A stretch of DNA of 64,000 nucleotides from Chloropicon primus. Its lineage: Eukaryota. Under the pieces are notes generated by a model, which did not search any database, was not told where the DNA came from, and saw nothing but the letters and a program-made list of their open reading frames with translations. Shown piece after piece: positions 18,545 through 27,558 of this stretch. Numbering within the stretch: the first letter of the stretch is position 1; each line of letters begins with the position of its first letter. Location of the stretch: the NCBI GenBank assembly GCA_023205875.1, contig CP060758.1:248001-312000 (forward strand), given 5' to 3'. The position numbers and the translations under genes were made by a program.

Positions 18545-19876
18545 ATGGGAACTGGCGTGAGAGTGAAGGTGGTGGACCTGGGGGAGGAGAAGAAGGTGGC
18601 GAAGAATGGAGCGTACGCGTGCGCGCCGATAGTGGCAACGTTCCCTCAAAGCGTAGAGCGGTTCCAGGAGCGAAGCGGCGGACTGAAGGCGGAGCTCTAC
18701 GCGTCCAAGGACCACCTGCAGAGGAAGGAGTTTTATGTGTTGGCCAAAGGGAACGAGTCAGGTGGAGGGCTTCAGTACGTGGGTTCGTCCCTGGATTCGA
18801 GCTTGGGGCGTCCGGTTCGATACCTCGTGGGCTACCTGGACAAGAAGACGAGCACCTTGGAGTTTGTGAAGCCGCTGCACCACGCGACCGTGGCTCACAT
18901 GAGAGTGTATCGGGGCAAGGACGACGTCCTGAACAAGGGCACGGAGGGCGAGAGCAATGCGTCGAAGATGGATTATAGCGCCCTGGAATCGAGGCGGAAC
19001 CTGCTCAAGGAGTTCGGCTCGAATAAGATCAAGCGGGTGATTGCGAAGCGCGAGAGAACACAGCTGAAGGACGCGAGCTCGCTCTTCTTGGAGGACCAGG
19101 ACACTGTGCTGGACTGGGCGAGGAAGAAGGCCGACTCCTCGATGAGGAAGGGAATGAACGAGAAGGAGCAGCTCGCGCACCTCACCGAAAGCAGGAGGAG
19201 CGTTCTCCCCTTCTACAACTTGAAGGCGACGACTGCTTCCGAGGCCTACCCTCTTGGCAAGTTCGTGAGCGCGGCGGCCTGGCAGGCTCTCAAGTCGACC
19301 CAGTACTACCGCGACGTCTCCGAGGGAGCCGAGACCTGCGACGTGTACGTCCTGAATCGCCACAGCCGCCTGAACGCGGAAGGCAGCTCGGAACGGGAAA
19401 GCGTGCTGAAGGCCCTCTGTCTGTACGCCGTGCTCAAGTGGCTGCACACGTCCCACAGCAGGAGCATCAGGTGTCGCTTGGGGCAGGGCGTGGGGGCTCT
19501 GGCTCAGCAACTCGAGCTGCCGCAAGAGTTTGTCCAGGAGATGGTGCTCAAGTTCTTCAAGGAGGGGTCCCAGGGGGATTCCAAATTCTCGTCGTGGGAG
19601 TGCTCCAAGGAGGGCAGAATCTCACTGAAGCTGCACCTGATCCTGCTTCTCTTGATCCTTGAGGACTTTGACGTCGGCGCGCCAACCCTTGCGGAGGAGA
19701 TCGGCGTTCCCGCCCAGGAGGTCAAGTCACTGGCCAAGGAGTTGGGCTGCGACCTCAGCGGTGACAAAGTGAAGCTCCTGAAACGAAAGAGGACGTCGGA
19801 ATCCGGTGGCGCGACCATCGTGGACCTCGAGAGCAAGCTTCCTCGGATACAGATCAAGAGGGCTCGAGCGAGGTAA
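18545..19876 (+). CDS. RPA49: RNA polymerase I subunit A49/RPA49 (PAF53)-like
   Basis: RYLVGYLDKKTSTL, RRNLLKEFGSNKIKR, LPFYNLKATTASEAYPL, C-terminal KELGC; ATG MGTGVRVKV at 18545. Confidence 0.8.
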   Translation: MGTGVRVKVVDLGEEKKVAKNGAYACAPIVATFPQSVERFQERSGGLKAELYASKDHLQRKEFYVLAKGNESGGGLQYVGSSLDSSLGRPVRYLVGYLDKKTSTLEFVKPLHHATVAHMRVYRGKDDVLNKGTEGESNASKMDYSALESRRNLLKEFGSNKIKRVIAKRERTQLKDASSLFLEDQDTVLDWARKKADSSMRKGMNEKEQLAHLTESRRSVLPFYNLKATTASEAYPLGKFVSAAAWQALKSTQYYRDVSEGAETCDVYVLNRHSRLNAEGSSERESVLKALCLYAVLKWLHTSHSRSIRCRLGQGVGALAQQLELPQEFVQEMVLKFFKEGSQGDSKFSSWECSKEGRISLKLHLILLLLILEDFDVGAPTLAEEIGVPAQEVKSLAKELGCDLSGDKVKLLKRKRTSESGGATIVDLESKLPRIQIKRARAR

Positions 19877-20129
19877 AAAAAGGGTAATCATATCTATTCT
19901 GTCAACGTCAAATCACCGTCTCACCAAACTGAGTGGCCGTTCCAATGGAGGACCAAGGTCCAAGTGGCCCCTCAAAGTGTCTCCTCTCGGTTCTCCCCCC
20001 CCTCTCCTGTCTCCTTCATTCTACCTGCCAATTCCTCACCAGATCGTTGTTCCGTTCCAGCAAGGGCTCTTTCGAAAGAGAAAGAGACGGTCCTTCGTCC
20101 CATTGTCCTCCCTGACCCCATTGGCCTCT

Positions 20130-20192
20130 CCCAACCAACCATCTCTCTCTCCCAACCAACCATCTCTCTCTCCCAACCAACCATCTCTCTCT
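20130..20192. repeat. 21-bp tandem repeat x3 (CCCAACCAACCATCTCTCTCT)
   Basis: Three exact copies in an intergenic region. Confidence 0.9.
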
Positions 20193-20458
20193 CCCCCTCT
20201 CTCCCTGGAATTCCAAGAAGAGAGAGGACGACTCTATCGTCGTCGCCCACAACTGGGAGGTGGAGGTAAGCGAGCGAGTGCGCGCGGACGAGGAGAGGAG
20301 GAGGGGGAGGGTCGACGGCCTTCGTGTTCGTCTCGTTTTCCTCTTTCGAACGACCCGCCGCACGAAGCGAACGACGAAGATATCACACGAGACTGAAACA
20401 CACATCACATTCCCCCTTGGCTTGGCTTTGCAGAGAGAGGAGAAAGGATCGAGAGGTC

Positions 20459-21277
20459 ATGCTTTCGACTGCGCGTCGTTTGGGCCGCCTGGGTTTCCTT
20501 CCAGCTCGGAGTGTTCCTTGGTCTTGCGAAAATGCTTCCGTCTTGCCCTTGCGCGTGCAAGATCTCGTCGTCGAAGGAACTCCGGCGGCGTCTGTGAAGC
20601 ATGCCATGGAGCTGGAGAGCCATGCCATGATGATGCTTCGATCGTATTCTTCGGCCACGAGAAGGAAGCGGCCTCGGGAGAAGGACATCGGCAACGAGCT
20701 CAAGCTGGAGATTCCTGACGGCATCGTCGTGGAGTACAAGTATCCGAACTTGCAAGTGGCGGGTCCCTTGGGCGTGAAGGAAACCAACTTGGAGATCTTC
20801 GAGCACCTTGGGATACGTTTGACGGAGGACGGGAAGTCCCTGGCGTTCACTTCGTACACGCCAGGGACGTCGTACACGTTCGCGAGGGGTCCGAAGTGGC
20901 GGAGTCAGAAGGTTTACCATCGGTTGAACCAGGTGGCTCGTTTGGTGGAGAGGGACTTCGAGGGCGTGACGTCCGGCTACAGGAAGGACCTGGAGCTCCG
21001 AGGCCTGGGCTTCAAGTGGGCTCTGCAGACGGAGGGCAACGAGGACGTCCTCACGATGAACATAGGATTCTCCCACGAGGTTAGGTACGCCTTCCCAAAG
21101 GCCGTCAAGTGCACGGTGATGAACACGACGGAGCTGTTTTTGGAGTCCTGCTGCAAGGACACGCTCGGCCGAACCGCGAAAGACCTCATCAAGCTGCCGA
21201 GGAGGGACGTGTACAAGGGCAAGGGGATATTCGAGAAGGGGTTTACGCCAAGATTGAAGGAGGCCAAGAGGAAGTAG
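20459..21277 (+). CDS. Ribosomal protein uL6, probably mitochondrial
   Basis: LQVAGPLG, EGVTSGYRKDLELRGLGFK, IGFSHEV, DVYKGKGI; Arg-rich presequence-like N-terminus MLSTARRLGRL. Confidence 0.85.
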   Translation: MLSTARRLGRLGFLPARSVPWSCENASVLPLRVQDLVVEGTPAASVKHAMELESHAMMMLRSYSSATRRKRPREKDIGNELKLEIPDGIVVEYKYPNLQVAGPLGVKETNLEIFEHLGIRLTEDGKSLAFTSYTPGTSYTFARGPKWRSQKVYHRLNQVARLVERDFEGVTSGYRKDLELRGLGFKWALQTEGNEDVLTMNIGFSHEVRYAFPKAVKCTVMNTTELFLESCCKDTLGRTAKDLIKLPRRDVYKGKGIFEKGFTPRLKEAKRK

Positions 21278-21381
21278 GCCCGCGTGCGGCGTGGAGTAAT
21301 CTATCTATCTTATCAAATAATCTGTGATGAACATGAACGAGAGAGGGAGATCTTCTTCCTTGCTCTTCTCGCTCGCTCTAT

Positions 21382-22271
21382 TTAGAAGGAGAGCCCGTTT
21401 GCGATCCCGAGGCCCGCGTGCGCCACGAGCAATGCCATGATGCTCGAGCCGAGGTAGGTGTGCAGCGTCCGTGCCCCAGGCTTGCCCTTCATCGTCGCCC
21501 CGATCACACCCTGAAGGCCGAGGAGCCCGAGCCCGCTGAGGGCCGAAATCGCGTGCGGACTCTCCAGCAGAGGGCGGTGCTCCATTATGGTGAAGACCAA
21601 GCCGCCCTGGCCGCCAAGGAAGAAGAAGAACGTCATGCCGAGCATCAACTTCGGGTGAAGCTCCCTGACCAGCTCCCCACCGAAGGCCTCCGTGCTCCCC
21701 TTTCCGCCCCTGATCTGGTAGCCCAGGTAAGCACCGTAGCCGCCCATAGCCGCGAGGACGATGCCCATGTTGATGGCGTGGAACCAGTGCAGCACCTTGT
21801 GAGCAAAAGATTCAAGTAGCAGAAGAAGAGATTGTCAGGTCAGAATGTTCATTTCCCCCCTCAGGGCCTCTGCCCTCAACTCACCCACTCCGGAGGATGG
21901 AGGAACTCGATGACAGGGACTCCAATGGCGTTGAAGTACGCCGTGAGCGGTTCGACCAGGACGTGGGATCCCACCAATCCCGCGGACGCGAGGAGGCTTC
22001 CGCCAACAATAGCCGCGGCAGTCTTCGCGGTATCCGACGCATCGCTGCTTGGACCTTCACCCGTCGACGCGCTCGTCTTCATCCACCTCCTCCTCCTCCT
22101 CCTCGCTTCAACATCTTCAACATCTTCACCTCCTCGCGCTTGGTGAACGGATTGGCGCAAGGCCGCAGGTCTCCGCACAGGGAGCGACCTCAAGCCGCCC
22201 GCCAGGCAGGAGTGAGGAGGAGGAGGAGCACCACATCGCGTCGCGAGCCTTGCCACTGAAACCGATATCAT
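21382..22271 (-). CDS. DUF4079-like plastid membrane protein (2 exons; intron 21796-21884)
   Basis: Exon 1 has a transit-peptide-like start and ends PPEW|GTGAGT; exon 2 VLHWFHAINMGIVLAAMGGYG...LHPKLM...ESPHA...HTYLG...HAGLG. Confidence 0.75.
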
Positions 22272-22500
22272 CGAGCCAGCCCTTGAGATGTCCTCGTCCC
22301 CGTTCGATGAAGGAGCGAACGAAGCTGAGCCACAAAATTTGGATAGAGGAGATCTCGGATCTCAGCTCGGCTGCTTGGTAGCTTTGTCGCGCGCGCGCGC
22401 GCGCGCGTGTGTGTGTGTGTGCTTTGAGGCTTGATTGAGGCATGTAGTCTATAATATAATATACTTTTAATGATATCGTCCCGCATAAGAATACTTTTTT

Positions 22501-24510
22501 TTACTTGCTCGGTCCTTCGTCCTCGTTGCCCTCGGCGTTGCCATCGGTGTGGTCCTGGTCCTTGGCCTTGAAGAGCTCGTCCGTGGTGCCCGCGGAGGCC
22601 TTTTGATCGAGGTCCGTGATGTTCACAACGCCGTCGGCGGGCTTGATCTTGTTCGAGGCTCCTCCGCCACCGTAGGATCCCAGGATACCGAGGAGCTTGT
22701 TGGCCAGACTGTCGCGCCTGTGGGTGTTGACGAACTGCCTTCCCAAGTTCATGTTGCTCACAGTCGAGGGGCTGTTCTTCTTCTTTTTGCTGACGATGAT
22801 GTCGCCGACTTCTTGTTCCAGGTGCTTGTCCTCCAGGGCCTGGAGCTCGGGAATGACGTGCTTGAGCTCGATGTAGTCGTTCGCGTGCAGGACCGCCACC
22901 TCGACGAAGGTTTGAGTTTTGAGGGTGGCATTGTGAAGGAAGTTCTTGGCGATGTGGAACGCGCCGTAGACGCAGCCGTCCTTCAAGATTCCAACGAGCT
23001 CTTGACCCTTGCCCTTGCCGGAGCTGCCGGTAGTGCTCCCGATCACTCCTATCGTGCCCCTCGATATCATGTAGACCATGAGGGGGGACTCCCCAGCGTT
23101 CACGATGACTTCCCTTGGCATGTAGATCTCATTCCTGAGGTTCTCCGCCAGAATCTTCTTGTGGTGCTCGCTCGCGGTCTTGACCCACTTACACTTGTTG
23201 AAGATGTTCTTGAAAGAATGCATGAGAATCTCCTGCCTCAAGGGCTTGGTCATGTCCTCAAGGAGGAGGGCGTCCTGGATCCCCTTGTTCCTGGACCACA
23301 TCAGCCTGTAGTACATCGTCACCTTCTTCTGCGTCTCCTCTGGCACGTTCCTGTACTTGCAAAACTCAAGAACGGAGGAAACTTTTCTCAGGTAGGCCGT
23401 CTCCAAGTACTGGTAGTTGGCCAGGGTGCTGTAAACGTTTCCCAGAATGATGGCGTACACGAACACACCAACGAGGATGTTGACGAGGACAAAAATGTTC
23501 TCGTCAATGGTGATCGGCGTGAGGATGGCTCCGATACCCGTGAGTGACATCAGGGCCCAGCAAACGGAGCCCGTGTACGTCTGGTACAAGTCGTCCGGGT
23601 CAACCCCCGGGATGAAGAAGTGCGAGGGCCAGTCGTTCAACCTGTTGATCATGATGAACGCGCAAGCGTTCAGGTGCGTCGCGACGAGCAAGTAGAACAG
23701 CAAGATCAGCAAGCGCTGCATGTCACTCGTGTTGAACTTGTCGGGGGAGAACTCCTTGAGAATTCTCCCGACTTTGCTCAGCCTGAGGACCTTCAGGATA
23801 CGCACGGTCCTCCAGGCATTGCTCGGATAGATGAGCTGAACAATACCAGTGGGAAAGGACGAGACGACGTCAAAGTAAAAGTTCGCGGACTTGAGGTGGT
23901 GGTTCCTGATATGCGTCGAGCTCTTCAAGAACTTGTTGTCGAGGACCACCGCTGTCCGCAACAGGATGTAGATGTCCAGCATGAACAGGGCGTCGCAGAT
24001 GACATCGATGATTGTGATGGGCAGCGTCGTGTTCGCCGTGTTGAACGCCAGCTGTATGGGGTTCAAGGTCACACTATACAGCGTGGCGCACATGATGACT
24101 CGGACCCAGTTCCTCTTGTTCTTGGAGTCAGGCCTGATGATTTTGACGTGCCTCAATGGTATCTTGTCCCACCACTCCTTGAGAACCTGGAAGCAGCTGT
24201 CAAGCGAGGAGCTCGAGTCCGTCTCCTCTATCACATTGTCATTGGACCACTTGTTGACGCTCCGGAAGGACGGTGCCTTGGCCATCACATTCTTGAAGAA
24301 ACTCGCGGGGGCTTTGACATACTGCGATCCTGCCGTCTCGCTCCCTCCTTTGACGACCCTCACCTTGCCGGGCTGCGCTTGCCGTGGCGAGTGCTGTCCG
24401 TCCCTCTCGAAAGTCATTCCGGTCCCCACCGAACCTCTCCTGTCATTCCTTGCAAAGTCCGCCTTCTTGCTGGCGTCCAGGACCGCCACACTCTGCGCCA
24501 TGCTCGCCAT
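22501..24510 (-). CDS. Cyclic-nucleotide-gated cation channel (6TM + C-linker + cNMP-binding domain)
   Basis: S4 WRTVRILKVLRLSK, HLNACAF, pore WALMSLTGIGAILTP, YAIILGNV, cNMP domain YMPREVIVNAGE...YMISRG; ATG at 24510. Confidence 0.88.
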   Translation of the reverse strand: MASMAQSVAVLDASKKADFARNDRRGSVGTGMTFERDGQHSPRQAQPGKVRVVKGGSETAGSQYVKAPASFFKNVMAKAPSFRSVNKWSNDNVIEETDSSSSLDSCFQVLKEWWDKIPLRHVKIIRPDSKNKRNWVRVIMCATLYSVTLNPIQLAFNTANTTLPITIIDVICDALFMLDIYILLRTAVVLDNKFLKSSTHIRNHHLKSANFYFDVVSSFPTGIVQLIYPSNAWRTVRILKVLRLSKVGRILKEFSPDKFNTSDMQRLLILLFYLLVATHLNACAFIMINRLNDWPSHFFIPGVDPDDLYQTYTGSVCWALMSLTGIGAILTPITIDENIFVLVNILVGVFVYAIILGNVYSTLANYQYLETAYLRKVSSVLEFCKYRNVPEETQKKVTMYYRLMWSRNKGIQDALLLEDMTKPLRQEILMHSFKNIFNKCKWVKTASEHHKKILAENLRNEIYMPREVIVNAGESPLMVYMISRGTIGVIGSTTGSSGKGKGQELVGILKDGCVYGAFHIAKNFLHNATLKTQTFVEVAVLHANDYIELKHVIPELQALEDKHLEQEVGDIIVSKKKKNSPSTVSNMNLGRQFVNTHRRDSLANKLLGILGSYGGGGASNKIKPADGVVNITDLDQKASAGTTDELFKAKDQDHTDGNAEGNEDEGPSK

Positions 24511-25067
24511 CTCTCTCTCTCTCTCTATCTTCTTTGCCAAGGACTCAGGCAGGGAAACCGTGCTTGTGACCTACCAATCGAATGCCCGCGAGACAAGCTT
24601 TTGTTCCACGCCTTGGATTGTTCCACCACGTCTCGCCCCTGTCGCCAAAATCCCTTCCAAAGGCTCGACCTCCTCCGCCTTGGCTCTGACCACGGCCTCG
24701 CGTTTTGCAAAAACCAAGGTCGGATCAAGTCGGAAGGAGAGGCCAAGCTGAGGAGATGAGGGGAAGGGGCAGTCTAATCCAATCCAAGGTCCCGGTGCAG
24801 TACCCCTGCAGCAAGCCAGGAGAGGGTTGCTTTGCTTTGCTTCCATCCATTGCAGCCAAGTGGCCGCCTTGGAAGGGATGGCGGTGGTCGGGAGATGGGG
24901 ATTGCCCCGGTGGGAGTACTTGGGCTCCAGAGGAACCCTCCAAGATCTAACCTTTCCTCCTCCTCGGTGCTGCGATGTTCTCCAAGAGGAGGGAATGGAA
25001 GGGAGCGAGGAGTGTGTGTCACATATTTAGGAAAAAAAAAGCTAGAAACTCTGTGCAACAAAAATGT

Positions 25068-26321
25068 TCATACATCGAACTTGGGCTTGGCGTACTTTTG
25101 CATCGGGAGCTCCAAACCCTTCGCGCTGAGCAAGGTGCTCAGCTGCTGGATTCCATTGATCTCTCCGTCAACAATTTTTTGACTAAGCTTCTCGATCGAC
25201 TCCCTCAAAGGCTCCAGGGGCCTCTTGTCATGACCGAAGCTAACCAACCACATCGCCAAGAAGTCCGGGTTATTATACATTGTGACCATGCCAATCATGT
25301 GGAGTCTCAAAAGCTCTTGCGCCAGCTTTTCTCCCAGCGTCAGCGAGAGCGCGGGGATGTAGCTGTCGTAAAAGTCGCACCCCGTCGTAAAGGGGAGCTG
25401 GGCGTTCTTTGCAACGCACTTCTTCAACCTCGACCGAGCTTCCGCCAGCACGTTCATCGCTTTTCCAAGGTCGATGTCCAGCAGCCTTGTCTTTGCATCG
25501 GGACTGTACAGGATCTCGTGGACGTCGAGGCACTCCATGTAGAGCTCCTCGTCGCCCTTCTTCGTCAAGTCCTCCTTGAGGGTATCGTTCCTCTTCTTCA
25601 TCTCTTCGCCGAAGAACTCGAGAAGCTGGTTGACGACCGCGAGGAGAAGCTCGAGGGGGTTGGGAGTGAGCTGGGAGGCATCCGCAGCGTCCTGAGCAGT
25701 TGGGATCACGAGGTCCTCGCGGGACGTCTGACCCTGCATCGCTGCGGCGAGGAGAGAGTTGCTCCTGGCCTTCTGGGGCACTTGGAGAATCTTGGCGCGG
25801 CCTTGGGCCCCGTCGGCTGCCTGCGTCTGCTTCTGCTGGCCAGCTTCCCTGTTCAGTTTGGATCCGCCCATGACCTCGTCAACGAGTGCTTGCACATCCT
25901 TCGTGTGCTCAATCTCCTGTATGTGTCTCCCCGCTATCTTGGACGGCCACCTAACGATGCCAACCTCGCGGCACCTCGTCCTCAGAGTCTTGGTGCAGAT
26001 GTTCAACACCTTGGCGGCGTCCGCTTGCTGGAGGTGGAAGGTGGCCGTGATCTCCTTCTTGGTAATCGCGCTCTTCTTCGACTTCCTGATGATCGGTATT
26101 GGGGTCAAGTTGTTGTCGTGGCGCAACTTCTTGACTGTGGTACGGCTCACGCCCAGGACAGCGGCAGCGGCCCTCAAGCTCAAGTGAGACACCTTGTCCA
26201 AGCTCTCCCTCGTGACGTGCACCCTTGGACGGCGTCGCCTCACGGGCGGCCTCTCCGCCGTCACCTCCGCGAAGGGATGACTCTCCTCCTGCCTCGCCTC
26301 CTCCTGACTACTCGCCATCAT
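25068..26321 (-). CDS. RWP-RK family transcription factor-like protein
   Basis: ITKKEITATFHLQQADAAKVLNICTKTLRTRCREVGIVRWPSK, preceded by a second degenerate copy (HLSLRAAAAVLGVSRTTVKKL). Confidence 0.8.
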   Translation of the reverse strand: MMASSQEEARQEESHPFAEVTAERPPVRRRRPRVHVTRESLDKVSHLSLRAAAAVLGVSRTTVKKLRHDNNLTPIPIIRKSKKSAITKKEITATFHLQQADAAKVLNICTKTLRTRCREVGIVRWPSKIAGRHIQEIEHTKDVQALVDEVMGGSKLNREAGQQKQTQAADGAQGRAKILQVPQKARSNSLLAAAMQGQTSREDLVIPTAQDAADASQLTPNPLELLLAVVNQLLEFFGEEMKKRNDTLKEDLTKKGDEELYMECLDVHEILYSPDAKTRLLDIDLGKAMNVLAEARSRLKKCVAKNAQLPFTTGCDFYDSYIPALSLTLGEKLAQELLRLHMIGMVTMYNNPDFLAMWLVSFGHDKRPLEPLRESIEKLSQKIVDGEINGIQQLSTLLSAKGLELPMQKYAKPKFDV

Positions 26322-26835
26322 CAACGAACGCTATAGACGACCCTAGATGGACGGCGTCGCCACCTTCCCTTCTCTTGTGCTCTCAACTCAGAGCTTGTAG
26401 AGGCGTGTGACCTTCCACTATATAATCCCGGACCTCTCCGGTGTTTTCTTCTTCTTCTTCTTGGAACCCAAGCTGAGGTGCTGGTGGTTGTGTGGCTTGC
26501 TGCTGAAAGCAAAAGCAAATCCCTTTCCTTTGCAATACCGCAGCGAGGCGGCTTCTCTCGTCTTTGTCGTGGGTCAACCCCTTGGGACAACACAAAGGTT
26601 CTTGTTGTCTTGTTTGTGTGTGTGTGTTCCGACAAGCGGAGAGGATTGTGATGGATGGATGACAAAGCGGTTGTGACTGGTTCGGTCAAGACCAAGCCTT
26701 GCCGTGTCGTGTCCAGTCGAGTTTGTGTTCCTCCTCCTGTCCGCTTCCACTTGACACGTATCTGCTTCGTCAGGAATTGCTCTAATTCAATTATTCTCAA
26801 TTATGCTCACAGAGAGAGACAGACAGAGACAGAGA

Positions 26836-26868
<33 letters not shown>

Positions 26869-27558
26869 GAAGGAGGATCCAGTGAGATTAGTACGCATTA
26901 CTCCACGTTAGCATTGGATGAAGGATGACTGTTTGTCAAGAGCGAAGGCGAACGAAGAACGAAGGGTCACCTTGAGTGAACGAACAGGCAAACACAGGCA
27001 TACCAGCAGATGGTTGTTGTTGGTTGTTGGAGATGGAGACAAACCCTATTCAACTACACCAATGAAGGATGATGTGTGTGTGCGGATAAGTTCCCATGAT
27101 CCGCTCTCTCTCCGTCTCTTACTCGTGAAAGTGAGGGTATAGAACACAATTTCGGGAAAGGCCAGAGAGAGAGGAGCCCAAGGGGCATTGGCGCTTGGGT
27201 CAGGAGGGCAAGCAAGGGGGCAAGCGAGAGGGAGAGGCACACCAAGGCCAAGAGGAAGAATCCTTTCCTTTCCTTTCCTTTCCTTTCGTCGTGTTTCCGC
27301 TGACCCACCGACCCACCGACCCACCCACCCACGAGAGGGCAGTGAGCGAGTGAGCGAGTGAGTGAGTGGTGGGAGGCCTCGCCAAGGGACAGGGCACGAG
27401 TGGCCAGTTGAAGCGGAGGAGGGAAGGATTTTGCAAGCGAAGAGGAAAGCCCGTCCCACCCAAAGATCGGGATCTTGGGATCCAGCGCTGTCCAAGGTGC
27501 TGCAACAATACAAAGGAGGAGCTTGGTCCATTCATTGTTGGCTCCAGTGGTGAAAGCG

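Noticed and set aside
18006..18638. 211-aa N-terminal extension of the Fanzor ORF in the track
   Set aside because: Begins at a non-ATG codon, overlaps the RPA49 start and promoter, and is low-complexity; first ATG is at 18005. No serine-recombinase motifs seen in the frames shown.
26810..27365. AG, CCTTT, CCCA and GAGT simple repeats and overlapping short ORFs
   Set aside because: Microsatellite-rich UTR/intergenic DNA with no coding signal.
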